Source: Nemertoderma westbladi (lineage: Eukaryota; Animalia; Xenacoelomorpha). Taken from it: 64,000 nucleotides of DNA. Each line of letters opens with the position of its first letter. The stretch's first letter is position 1. Position numbers and translations under genes: made by a program. The notes below the pieces were generated by a model. That model saw nothing but the letters and a program-made list of their open reading frames with translations. It ran no database searches and was not told the origin of the DNA. Shown here in pieces: positions 1 to 12,327 of this stretch. Location of the stretch: contig JAUCBJ010004109.1 of the NCBI GenBank assembly GCA_032718475.1, positions 1-64,000 on the forward strand, in the 5' to 3' direction.

Positions 1-2279
1 AAATCCTCTAGATCGAGAGAAATCAGTTCGTATATCTCGGTATTACTATTTCGTCTGGGCCCTTATTCTTAAATTGAACTAAACCGTCGTCGCGTCGTCA
101 AGGATATCCCTCGTACTGAAGTTGACTCGGTAGCACTAAGGTAGGGTGTCCTGCTCCGTAGTCAATCATAAACCCTGGTCCGTTGTTGCTTATAAAACCC
201 AGCCTGTAGTCGCTATGGGACCCGGTCCAGTAGTTGCTAGGGATACTGGTCCGTTGTTGATTACTATTATTATTATTATTAATATTGGCTTTTATTCCCG
301 TATATGGATATATAAAGAGGAATATAATAGGTATATGATAGGGAACCCAGTCCGTTGTTGCTAGGGAAACCGGACCGTTGTTGCTTAGGAATCGGGTCCG
401 TAGTTGTGGTTGCAAGCAGGGAATCAGTTCCGTTCTCGCTAATGAATCCAGTAGTCGTTTCCAGCTGAGGAACTCCATCCGTTGTCGTTATGGACTGGAG
501 GAGCTCCCTTCCGACACCGCTAACTAACCGCGGCAGTGAAGCAGCTTATCAGGCAGTTGTCAGGAGGCAATGGGCTGCTCATGCTTAACCTTTTAATGTT
601 TTGCAATAAATAGATTGAAAAGTTAGGGTAATGAAAACGAGAGAAACTGTCTTTCAGTATAGTGTAGTCGTTGATAATGATGTGCAAACCCCATACAGTA
701 GAGAATAGGCCCCCACCACTGACCCGCCCAAGGCCACCCACCACTCATAATCCGGCGCTGAGTAACGTGATTAAAACGTAATTTTAATCACGCTTGTATT
801 TGGATGCGCGTAAAAATATTTCAATTTATGAACAAAAAACATAACTTTTAAGAACAAAAGTTTAATTACTTAGTTTTAAAAACACAAGTTGCTATACAAT
901 GATAAAACTTGACGTTTTTTCGGTATGTATAGACTTATTAGATATGACAATTGCTGGCTTAGACGACGACTTCCTTACCTGTTTTTTTTCTATTTGTATA
1001 ATTAAACTACACAATCCCAAATATATCACTGGAAATAATATAATGTAATAATCACATAGCAATGGTATACTATTCTATTCCTTGGCGTTACTCAAATATA
1101 TAGAATTGTATATAATATCTAAAACATCAACATTTGGCTTATCTGCCAAATCCCGGCGAAAAATGTAATCAAATAAATTTTCACAGAATTTAAACAAGGG
1201 GCACTTCGTGTCCCTGCTTAAATAAAATGATAACTACTTACGGTTGAACAGATAGGAACATGTTGTTTCTCTGTTTCCAATGAATTTTACTTGCTTGATA
1301 TTGGTCTGTCAAAAACATATTTCATTCAACCCAAAATTATATTTATGAGACGGTATCATGATGAACGTGGTTGTTTAAAATGCGTTCCTATTACTTTATT
1401 GAATTGTACTGTATAATATCTAGCATTCACGACTCCCTCTGGGAAAAGCAACTCTTTACCATAATATCGTACAAATCATTTCCTGTAATAATGAAAATAA
1501 AAATTAATAATGAAAATTACTGCCAAGATCTTTGTTTATTTAGACCTTTACTTGGTAACTGAAGTAAATTCATTGCATATTATGCGAAATTTAAACCCGA
1601 TTTCCAATAACAATTTCTTACAATATACACAAAAATAAAAATAAAATATATATGTATATGTATAGATAGAATATAGTATATTATATTGCCTACTGCAGCG
1701 TAAACTATACAAATAATATAATAATAATATTCATGAGAAAAAAACTATTTCATAAATAATATCTGAAAGTCCATATCGTGGGGCGGGTGGTAAAACGTCC
1801 TAAGTCTAAAAAAGTTGTTCTGAGAAAACACGTTTTTTGTTTACTATTTTAACAAAAATGCACATTTACACTGTTTTATTTCTCTTTCTAACTTTAAAAG
1901 GGTGTTGAATCGTTTTCTGATACCAGAAATACAGATAAACAGCCCCCTTGTAGGGCTTTTTGACAAATTTGCAACATAGGACGTTTTACCAATTTATATT
2001 TTAATGCGACATAGGACATTATATAACCAATCTTTTTTATGTTTATAACATAGGACGTTTTACCATCTTAAATATTTATGCGACATAGGACATTTTACAA
2101 ACTTTTTTCCAAGAAGTTTCGCAAAGCCCCCCCCCCCCCCCCCCCCCCCTCCGAATTATTAGGAGTAATATACAATTATACAAATAAATGTTTTGTTGTT
2201 GTTTAATATTTATTGTTATTTTTCAATAGTTGTATTGTTTATAACAAAATTATCTAAAGATAAACCAACATAAAGTTTA

Positions 2280-4680
2280 ATCACTTTCAATTTCGTCATT
2301 TCCCGCAACTATGATATCATCATTCACGAATTGAGATTCCGACAGTGTTTCGTAATATGCCCCGTTTGTTTTTTATATAAGACCTTGTTGGCAAATATCA
2401 AGTAAATCTTTTTTTTTCTTTAGACTAATCTTACGGGGACCAGTGAAAGCTAGAGACAGAGATGGGAGATTCTTACCTGCTGCATAAACTTCTTTACCTG
2501 TAGCTTTTCCTTTAAAATTTTGCTTTTTCCCCTTTCCTTTACTACATAGATTGCATCTGTCTCCAACTTTAGTTTCAGCTTTTGGTTTAATTTCAACAAC
2601 TTTAAATGGTTCATCCTCAGCACTAAAGCTGTATTTAAACTGAATGATGTTAGTATTTGTTTTCTGAAACCTCATCCATTTGACCTTAAGCCAGTTAACA
2701 TACTGTTTTTTCTGTTTTTTACAGCTCCGTTTATTGATCATTTTACCAATTTGGTCACCGACCTGTTCACCATTACATTCACCAATACGTCCACCCCTTT
2801 CTTCAACGACCTGTTCACCACTCCGTCCACCAATACATCCACCCCTTTGTTCAACGACCTGTTTACCACACCGTCCACCAATACATCCACCCCTTTGTTC
2901 AACGACCTGTTCACCACTCCGTCCACCAATACATCCACCCCTTTGTTCAACGACCTGTTCATCACTCTATCCACCAATAAGTCACCCCTTTCTTCACCGA
3001 CCTGTTCAAAACTCCGTCCACCAATACATCCACCCCTTTCTTCAACGACCTGTTCACCATCACCACTCCGTCCACCAATACATCCACCCCTTTGTTCAAC
3101 GACCTGTTCATCACTCCGTCCACCAATAAGTCACCCCTTTCTTCACCGACCTGTTCAAAACTCCGTCCACCAATACATCCACCCCTTTCTTCAACGACCT
3201 GTTCACCATCACCACTCCGTCCACCAATACATCCACCCCTTTGTTCAACGACCTGTTCATCACTCCGTCCACCAATAAGTCACCCCTTTCTTCACCGACC
3301 TGTTCAAAACTCCGTCCACCAATACATCCACCCCTTTCTTCAACGACCTGTTCACTACTCCGTCCACCAATACATCCACCCCTTTGTTCAACGACCTGTT
3401 CACCACTCCGACCACCAATACATCCACCCCTTTGTTCAACGACCTGTTCACCACTCCGTCCACCAATACATCCACCACTTTGTTCAACGACCTGTTTACC
3501 ACACCGTCAACCAATAACCAATACATCCACCCCTTTGTTCAACGACCTGTTGACCACTCCGTCCACCAATACATCCACCCCTTTGTTCAACGACCTGTTT
3601 ACCACTCCGTCCACCAATACATCCACCACTTTGTTCAACGACCTGTTTACCACACCGTCCACCAATACATCCACCCCTTTGTTCAACGACCTGTTCATCA
3701 CTCCGTCCACCAATACATCCACCACTTTGTTCAACGACCTGTTTACCACACCGTCCACCAATACATCCACCCCTTTGTTCAACGACCTGTTTACCACTCC
3801 GTCCACCAATACATCCACCACTTTGTTCAACGACCTGTTTACCACACCGTCCACCAATACATCCACCCCTTTGTTCAACGACCTGTTCATCACTCCGTCC
3901 ACCAATAAGTCACCCCTTTCTTCACCGACCTGTTCAAAACTCCGTCCACCAATACATCCACCCCTTTCTTCAACGACCTGTTCACCACTCCGTCCACCAA
4001 TACATCCACCCCTTTGTTCAACGACCTGTTCATCACTCCGTCCACCAATAAGTCTACCCCTTTCTTCACCGACCTGTTCAAAACTCCGTCCACCAATACA
4101 TCCACCCCTTTGTTCAACGACCTGTTCACAACTCCGTCCACCAATAAGTCTACCCTTTTCTTCAACGACCTGTTCACCACTCCGTCCACCAATACATCCA
4201 CCCCTTTGTTCAACGACCTGTTCACCACTCCGTCCACCAATAAGTCTACCCCTTTCTTCACCGACCTGTTCAAAACTCCGTTCACCAATACATCCACCCC
4301 TTTCTTCAATGACCTGTTCACCACTCCGTCCACCAATACATCCACCCCTTTCTTCAACGACCTGTTCACCACTACATTCACCTATTCGTTCACACCTTCG
4401 TTCACCATTCACCTGTCCACCACTCCCTACACCAACCTCTACACTGATCTGTTTTTCGACTGTATCATTGACACTAATGTCACTTATTACACGACGGTTA
4501 ACAATAAGAACCTTACATAGTTTCTTGAAATCGTAGATATCACTTTGTTTTAACAAAGTGATCTTATATGGATTATTTCGCCTCGCTCCTAGAATTATAT
4601 TTGTCCAATCATTAGGAACTTCTACTACCTGATTAGATTTAGCATACTCTATTGCGGAGTGCATGCTGTCCCCTTGAATT
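2280..4680 (-). pseudogene. C-terminal remnant of a Sola1-type DDE transposase split by a tandem array
   Basis: Motifs GDSMHSAIE...PNDWTNIILGARRNNPY...DIYDFK (ORF 3507..4664) and VNWLKVKWMRF...FKYS...KKKKDLLDICQQGLI (ORF 2373..2741) match, from memory, the Sola1 transposase C-terminus. The N-terminal part is missing and there are stops and frameshifts. Confidence 0.7.
2755..4400. repeat. 48-bp tandem minisatellite (~34 units, with 47- and 51-bp variants)
   Basis: Unit ~TTCAACGACCTGTTCACCACTCCGTCCACCAATACATCCACCCCTTTG. A 16-aa periodicity appears in all overlapping ORFs. Confidence 0.95.
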
Positions 4681-5120
4681 AGTTCTGTCTAGAATACTAA
4701 ACATTGCGACATTTTGGTCTTTTTGGAATCACTAAATGCCATTCAGCAAGAAATACTAACTATTAATAGTAATGGAACTCCTGTCTTGACTGACCTTTAA
4801 CGTGACAAAACGTCCTATGTTTCACTTTTAATTTGTTATTTGTAATCGTTTTTTCGACTTAGGACAACTTACCACCTTAAGTATAAAGTTAGGACGTTTT
4901 ACCATCCGTAGCCTTAACTTAGGACAACTGAAAATTTGCAAATAACTCCGTTAAACTGTTATTTTATCACTAATCCTTTGGTAGAAAGGAGGGAAATTCA
5001 ATTTTATACCCAATTCACTCAAAACATGAATTTTGAGAAAATTTGACTTAGGACGTTTTACCACCCGCCCCACGATATAAGGAATCAAATGCAATGGCTT
5101 TCACAATGCCCTTCTTTACT

Positions 5121-5230
5121 ATCACAACCAATCAGAATTACTCGCTGTCCCCCTCCAAGGCCTCAGCTAGCCAATCACAACCAATCAGATTTACTCGCTG
5201 TCCCCCTCCAAAGCCTCAGCTAGCCAATCA
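5121..5230. repeat. Short tandem duplication (~54 bp x2) containing CCAAT motifs
   Basis: ATCACAACCAATCAGA(A/T)TTACTCGCTGTCCCCCTCCAA(G/A)GCCTCAGCTAGCCA occurs twice in tandem. Confidence 0.85.
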
Positions 5231-6676
5231 ACTTCGGATACATCAGCCTCCCCATCATCGCTGGTTGTCTTGAGAAGTTCTGAATACTGAAAGAAATAGT
5301 CAGATGTATTACAAAGTCATATAAAGTTAAACTATAAAAGTAAACAGGTGATTCACATATGTCTGTAAAAACTGTTCCTGTATCATGACGATTTCAAAGA
5401 CATGATTTTGTCTCGAGCAAGTTCGTCAAAGGAGGACCGTTTTAAAGAAAATTACCTGCACCATTAACTAATTGTTGTGTCTGCCAATTGGGCTCCCTGT
5501 TGCGGGATAAATCCATTAATAATTTAAATATTAATAAGGGCATGCATGACGGGCTTTAGCTTGTTTGGATTGAAGCGCAGGGACCATCAGAGAGGGATAT
5601 AGGTGTAAATTGTTGGGAGAGCGTCTGGTTATTGAGTGTGAGGGAGAGAGAGAGAGAGAGGGAATCTGTATTGAGCTGTGATGGTTAGATTGCAATGGCG
5701 CGAGGTGAGTGGTAATTAAAAGGTCGGGTGAAGGGCAATGTAATAGTATGCTGAGGGGGGGAACCTGTTACCGTGTAGAAACAAGCCAATAAAAATAGCT
5801 TCCTGGTTGACACGGTAGGGAGTGCCTTATTGCTAAAAAAGTTTGGTTAACCAATCAGGATGCAATATAGATAGATAGGAAAATCCAATCTTGTTTTATA
5901 TACGAACAATATATTATTCTTGATGTAAATTAATTAGGACAGAATCCCCGAGAGGATGCAATGATTTGTAATGGGGCCCTTTGGCAGAAAAACCGATTAG
6001 CATCCTGTTTGGTTTTCCATAATTAAATATATTATTTACCGGTGAATTATTAGTAAATTAATTAGTATTAACTGAAATAACTAAAAAGGAAGAATGAAGA
6101 TAAACTATCATTTTGAATAGTACGTAATTTATGGGACGAGCCTTACGGGCGGGTTTTCGGTCAAACCCATATACCGTGTAACCACTGAGGGGATTCCAAG
6201 AACACTCCCACAATGCATTACCAATCGGTTATATGCAGTCTTCAAGTCATACTCATACTATTTTAATAGTTGAAGGCTAAAAACTCCATCGTTTATTAAA
6301 ATATTATAATTTTTTGTTTTTTAAACTACACCCCCAAACGGGGTAATCTGTATAAATATGATAATGATGACAATGCGTTACTGCTGACTTAATACATCAT
6401 TAATGGATTTTACCATTTTGCAAAATAGGCTGGAAACCTCACATCTGAGTTTGTTTTCTTTATGGAATAATATGATAATGACATCTGTCGCATTGTTTAA
6501 TCTAATTCACTCCTATTGTTTTGAACAGGGTTGTAGTAAAGTAACGTTGTAATTAAATAACCAATTAATATCAACAATCAACTACTCCCTTATTAATACC
6601 ATTCCCTTACAGCGAGATGATTTCTTACAAATATTTACTTTCCCCCTGTGCCACCTTTAGTTTTCCCCAACCTAGT

Positions 6677-8854
6677 TGTTACGGTATATGGCGCTGTATC
6701 CACAGTATTAGTCCATTATGCAGTATGCAGTATTAGTCCATTATGCAGTATGCAGTATTAGTCCGTTATACTGTACGTAATATTAGTCCGTTGTGCAGTA
6801 TAATTATTTAGATAAGGCGCAGTGTGGTGACATTTAGGTAAGGAAGTTAAAACGCCCATATATTTTGCATCCATTCATTTTGTATAGTATGTAGCCCTAC
6901 CTACGTAATTTTGTATTAGGATATATGTAGATAGTTCCAGGGTAGCGAGTTTACTCGGACCCTGGATTTTGTGCTTGCTGATATTAGTTTGATAGGGCTA
7001 GCATATAGGGACGCTGTCCTGGCCATTCAGCAGCCAGAGACGTGATCCATTACCATATATGGTAATAATTTGAGGGCATAGGGCTACAATCCGGTCTCCT
7101 TATTGGATTAACTGCTTCCAGGTTGGTTTAATGCTAGCATGGACTGGAGAGCCAATGGGAGAGCGATTGAGTCACCTTATTGCATCACCCCATCCGGATC
7201 ACCTATAAATTGGCGGTGTGCCGGTAGGGCCTTTGTTGTTCATATGTTCATGCCTTATCACATGACACACCCTTGTTACAATTTACTTGCTGAGCTGTCT
7301 CTAATTTCGTATTAGGATATCGTATTTTCTGCAATTTGCTAATTTTGATTAATTTCTTGGAATGATTTGCTAGTGCGATTACTTTGCTTGTGTTTCTCAA
7401 TAATTCCTTCGATTACTGCTAATTACAATTGAACTATGATTTCTACCTTTGATTAATGGTTCTATGTGATTCTTTTCTGCGCAATAATCCCAAGGGATTC
7501 CTGAGACTGTCAGACTTTGTGATTTGCATGCGCCGCTACAGTAGCTATTAGCATCATGGAGGGCTAAGGTGCCAGTGGGCGGTGGGCGCATCGGGGGGTT
7601 GAGCGACTAGGAGAGAGCGGAGGATTCAAAGCGGGCAACGCTGGCCAGGGTCACCGTTGCGGGCGGGTATCTTGCACTGCGGCACGCAGACCGATCGCCG
7701 GTACAGTATCTAGGGGGCTGATGATCCAGGTTTTGTCTCTATTTAGTATTAGGGGGGCAGGAATTGGGTTAGTTAGGAATCCTAGATGTACCCGGGAGAG
7801 GCCTGCGCGTATTATAACGTTGAGTGTGGAGTACGAGTAGTGAATTGCACAATTGTAAACTGTGATTTCTAACGCTGATTGGTGTGTTATTGAAGTGTGC
7901 CTAAGATTACGAATGCTTAGATAGGCGCTCTTTTTCCTTTGATTGATTTCTATTTCTTAGTTACAATAATTAGTTATTGATTAGGTCAAAGTAATACGGC
8001 AATTTAGGCTATTACTAGCGAAACCTGTTGCGTGATAAATTAGAATTACGTATTCTGGAACTCTTAGTAATTAGTACGCTGTTAAATATTTGTGACTGTA
8101 ATTAATTAGTAAAAATTAAGAATTAGTACGCAGCATAGCGGAGAGTAGCTAAGGTAATAATTAGTGTACTGTAAACTATTCACGCTGAGCGGTTATTTGC
8201 ATTAGCGGACAATCAGCTAGAACGCACTATTCGGTACGCACGATACGCTAGTAATTTTGCTGGCCTAAAGCCAGTCGCGGGCAGTTTTAGACTCGGAGTG
8301 GTATTATCCACGTAGAAACAGATACTGTACCATTTTGATATTTTAAATATTCTCGCATTCACACATTACGTTAGGGAACCTCCAGTATTCGCGATTAGAA
8401 AGACGTAGGTAATAGCGTGCTTTAATAGTGATAAAATTAGGCGTAAGAATACTCTGAGTGCAAGGCCTCTCGCACTCGTCTTAAGTAAGCTTAGGGAGCC
8501 GACTCGGGTTTATTGTTTTGGTTATTCCCGCGTGGCTCATAGATTCGAACAGTTAGCTCTCTATCGAGCGATCGGTAGAGAAAGGAACAAGCGATTTTGC
8601 AGGAGTTGTGTAAAATTAGTAAAATATATTAGTGGACGGCAGATTAGCGCCATCTAACGGTAAGTAGCGGTTTTGTATTTAGCAACCCTTACAATTTAGT
8701 AATAGCACGCTCCTGATCCCCTTTACTTAACAGTAGAGCAGTCTTTGTGTCTTATTGGATAGGCGAGAGCTTATTAGGTTGGCAGAAGGATATTAACGGG
8801 TATTGGTCTGTTCAACAGTTCTGCTGTTAGTATAGAGGTCGCGGTTGTTTATCA
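6677..8854 (+). repeat. 5' LTR (2178 bp)
   Basis: Starts TGTTACGG and ends TTTATCA. Direct repeat of 24624-26801 at offset 17947; only two mismatches noticed by eye. Candidate TATA (TATAAA) near 7204. Confidence 0.97.
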
Positions 8855-8866
8855 GTAATACGCGCA
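8855..8866 (+). promoter_or_regulatory. Non-canonical primer-binding site complementary to the element's own LTR
   Basis: The sequence after the LTR is GTAATACGCGCA, with no TGG. Positions 8856-8866 are the exact reverse complement of TGCGCGTATTA at 7804-7814. Confidence 0.65.
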
Positions 8867-10044
8867 TATTGCTTTGCTGTACCGCGTACAGCAAGGCAGA
8901 GAGTATTCTTAGGCTGTTAGTAGTATCATAGTATTAGGCAATAAGTTAGAGCACGTGATCGTCTGCTGTAGGCTATAGGCTAGCGTACAGTAAGACATTG
9001 AGTTTATTCTATTAGGTTGTTAGTTTATATTACTGTATTCACTGGCTGCGTACACTAGTACAGTAGTACATTAGGCTGATTGCTGTTACTGCGTACGGTA
9101 GAAGGACATTTGTTTGCCGTACCACACACACAGTATCATTAGGCTGTTAGGTTGGTGTACTGTTTTACTTACTGTACTGCATACAGTGGATGTACGGTAG
9201 TGCGTTTTGCTAATTGCGAATACAGCAGTTCCTTAGGCCTTAGGGCAAACTGTAATTAGTAAGTTTTTTGAAAATTTTTAGCTAGGTTTGCGAGAATTCA
9301 GTTTTCGGTCAAAATTATTTGTAAAATTCTAGAGTTTTGTACCGGTATGTTAGGTAACCGCTTAGTTATTTTATACCATCTGGAGATACATGGCAAGACG
9401 GAACTTCTGAGTTTGGGGTTCGTGTGGGTCTGCGGGTTCGGTTTGCAATCAGCGAAGGGCCTGAATCTTTGGACGCGGACGTGGAATCTCACAGCAAACA
9501 AGGTTAGTTGTTCTGTTGGCACCAGTGTGTTTGTGGAAGCAGTAAAAAATTATCGGTTGTTTAACTGCGAAGCTGAACTCAATTTATTAGTTAGGATATT
9601 TAGGTTTAGCCGGCCATGGTTTTTTGAATCGCTCAAGTTAGAGAGAGAGTTAGAGAGAGTCGCAACCCGAAGATGTAGCCACGCGCTAGTGGATACATAT
9701 AATATTTGAAATTAAAATTACGTTGATTAGAGCTATATATAAAATTAGAAATATTCGGGTGGCAAGTTTATTTGAATATTTTGTATTAGATTCAAGGTTA
9801 TTTTGTGCTATACCGGTATTTAATATTATATAGTAGCTATATAATAATATTTTTGTTTAAATATTGTGTTAGTATTTGCTATAACTATATACCCCATTAA
9901 ATTCACAATATTGCATTGCGAATTTATTTTGACATTTGGACCAACTGATTATTTGACAAATAATTTGACCGTATTTCGGTTAAATTATAATTATATCTCG
10001 AACTTTTGCGAGATTTTTGCCGGAAGGCAAATATTATTTAGACT

Positions 10045-12327
10045 ATGAGTGTCTCAGACAAAGAGGCACTAGAGGACAGCTATGAGACGGCGGCTGGACC
10101 GCCGACTGACGATAGCGTCAATATTACTGTTGATGACAATGCCGACTATGACGACGCAGCGAGCGACGCTGACGTAAGTGAACAGGAGGACGAGACAGTG
10201 ACTAGTGAGGAAGAACAGCAGCCTCAGGTAATAGTATTAGGATCCCCTACCGCTACTGATAGGAAGGACTGTACGGCAGCCCGGACAGAGGTGAGTGATA
10301 GGGAGGGTAGTGTAGCAGAAGCGAGAGCCCGGAGCCCGGTTTCCAGACCTGTGGGTATGGTAAGTGCCGTGGTCCCGACGGCTGTTAGGAGTACCCGTAG
10401 TTCCCGAAATAATCCTTCAAGTCCACCGAGCGTAAGTCAGGTGAGTGATAGAGAGTTCGATATCGCGATAAAGAAGAAACTTCGCGCGCATGCCGGACAC
10501 ATAACCCGGACGGCGGACAAGGTAAGGAAGATGTTAGCTGACTCAGCGAACATCGGGAGGGTAGACTTAGTAGAGATTAGAAGAGGATATAACTCAGCGT
10601 TATTCAAGCAGACGGAGGAGCTTGCAGTCCTAGCGAAGAAGGCAGTAGAGTCTCAGTCGAGCGACGTAGCAACGAGGATTTACGACAGGGTTTTAGCAGC
10701 CTTGTTAGAGCACCGCGAGTTATCGGAGCGATTCCGACGAGTTAGGACGGAGAACTGGCTGCTATGGACATCACAAGCGCAGGCGACTCAAGTGAGTGAC
10801 GCAGAGTTGAGAGAGTTAGTGGAGCGAGAAGAGATCCAAGACAAGGAGGAGCGCAGGTATCAAAGGGAAGTTACTAGCTGGCTGATGCAGAATGGAGTGG
10901 TGGTACCAGGTCAGGTGCTACCGACGACGGAGAACATCCAACAGAGGACGTTGACTCCACCCGATGATGCATCTAGAGACAGCGGCGATTCCCAGGTTAG
11001 TCACGTGCGAGGTAAGGTAATATGTGCTAGATCCCTTGTTTCTCACAACTCGGCAGAGGAGAGAAGACGCCGACTAGACGAACAGCAGGCGGAAGTTTTG
11101 CGTGCATCGGAAGCACGGAAGGAAGCCGAGCGGGAACGGGAGCGAACACGTAAGTTAGACGCAAAGTTGCGAGAGTTGGAAGACAAAGGTAAGCGTGAGC
11201 AAGCGGAACGCGAACAGGAAGAACGAGAACTCCAACTTGAACGTGAACGCGAAGAGCACGAACTCCAACTCCAACGCGAACGCGAACTCCAACTCCAACG
11301 CGAACGCGAAGAACGTGAACTCCAACTCCATCGCGAACGCGAACGGGAAGCTAAGGAACGCGAGCAAAGAAGACGCGAACTCCAACTCGAACGCGAGCGC
11401 AAGGAGCGCGAACTTGAGCGCGAGAGGGAGCGACGGGCGTTGTATGAAGAGAAGGCGCGTGTAGAAGAAGAGGGCGCAGCACGACGAGCGAGGGAAGAAG
11501 AAGAACGTAAACTGGCGCAGTTGGAAAGTGCGAGATTAAGTTTAGAAAGCGAAGAACGGACTAGGAAGGCGAACGAAATCGCCGAGAAGGGGATGCGAAT
11601 GATCGAAGAATGTGGGGCGAGTGTAGGGACTGAGTTGCGAGAACTGTTCGCACTGCAGAAGGCCGAACAGGAAGCGAGAACTCCGACTATACGCGAGTCG
11701 ACGACGACCAGAATTCCTATACCCGGTCCAGCTATTACGAGTACACGGATCGCTAAACCATTCTCTACATATCGCACGCCAGTTGGTATTAGTGCTTCAC
11801 CTATCGCGCAGAATCCACGTCATCGGAACACCGCACCACTGCACACCGAACACGACGATGAAGAATTTAGAGAAGAAACTCCGACGGGCCGAGTATTTGG
11901 CGAACCGAACCCGCGGGTTTGGAATACGCAGACGGAGCGCCGACCCAGTTCGACGGAGAACTTCCGGGTTAAACCGGAAGAGGGATCATATGAGAGACAG
12001 CGGATTACTCAGATAGAGCCGACTATACAACAGAACCCTAGCCAGGAATTTATTACGAGGGATGAGTTAAGTGCTAGTTTAGCGCAAGCTATATCGCCGC
12101 ACATCCAACCTATAACGGACATGCTTAGCAACCTACGGTTAAAGGAAGCAGCCCAGGTAAGGAGTAATTCTAATCCCAGCAGGCCTGAGTTAGATAAAGT
12201 CCAGCCTAGTCAACGAGTACGCATATCGGAGGAAACTATACCACATAGACCTCAGGTAAGGACGCCTGTCCCGAATATCCATAATCCCAATTTCGAAAAT
12301 TCGGCAGAAAGATACCTAAAGAGGTGA
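10045..12327 (+). CDS. gag: BEL/Pao Gag N-terminal part (putative exon 1, 10045-12313; 760 aa if unspliced)
   Basis: Acidic N-terminus, helical KKKLRAHAGHITRT region and long E/R coiled coil, as is typical upstream of the BEL Gag core. The stop TGA (12325-12327) lies inside the putative intron's P1 loop. Confidence 0.85.
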   Translation: MSVSDKEALEDSYETAAGPPTDDSVNITVDDNADYDDAASDADVSEQEDETVTSEEEQQPQVIVLGSPTATDRKDCTAARTEVSDREGSVAEARARSPVSRPVGMVSAVVPTAVRSTRSSRNNPSSPPSVSQVSDREFDIAIKKKLRAHAGHITRTADKVRKMLADSANIGRVDLVEIRRGYNSALFKQTEELAVLAKKAVESQSSDVATRIYDRVLAALLEHRELSERFRRVRTENWLLWTSQAQATQVSDAELRELVEREEIQDKEERRYQREVTSWLMQNGVVVPGQVLPTTENIQQRTLTPPDDASRDSGDSQVSHVRGKVICARSLVSHNSAEERRRRLDEQQAEVLRASEARKEAERERERTRKLDAKLRELEDKGKREQAEREQEERELQLEREREEHELQLQRERELQLQREREERELQLHREREREAKEREQRRRELQLERERKERELERERERRALYEEKARVEEEGAARRAREEEERKLAQLESARLSLESEERTRKANEIAEKGMRMIEECGASVGTELRELFALQKAEQEARTPTIRESTTTRIPIPGPAITSTRIAKPFSTYRTPVGISASPIAQNPRHRNTAPLHTEHDDEEFREETPTGRVFGEPNPRVWNTQTERRPSSTENFRVKPEEGSYERQRITQIEPTIQQNPSQEFITRDELSASLAQAISPHIQPITDMLSNLRLKEAAQVRSNSNPSRPELDKVQPSQRVRISEETIPHRPQVRTPVPNIHNPNFENSAERYLKR

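Larger units (their letters stand above)
1777..5074 (-). mobile_element. Internally deleted Sola1-like DNA transposon
   Basis: ~30-bp TIRs CGTGGGGCGGGTGGTAAAACGTCCTAAGTC (1777) and GACTTAGGACGTTTTACCACCCGCCCCACG (ends 5074). ATAT on both flanks (1773-1776, 5075-5078) fits the AWWT TSD of Sola1. Subterminal TAGGACGTTTTACC repeats and transposase C-terminal remnants lie inside. Confidence 0.8.

Noticed and set aside
98-744. Short ORFs with repeated CCGTTGTTG motifs at the window start
   Set aside because: No recognisable domain; possibly the edge of a decayed element but unsupported.
2680-4536. Multiple overlapping plus-strand ORFs; CRISPR-like periodicity
   Set aside because: Artefacts of a 48-bp tandem repeat with no unique spacers, in a eukaryotic context.
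7397-7591. 64-aa antisense ORF present in both LTRs
   Set aside because: Duplicated only because the LTRs are duplicated; short and without motifs.
7718-7790. Hammerhead ribozyme in the LTR (CTGATGA flanked by stems)
   Set aside because: The required GAAA and stem III/NUH core is missing.
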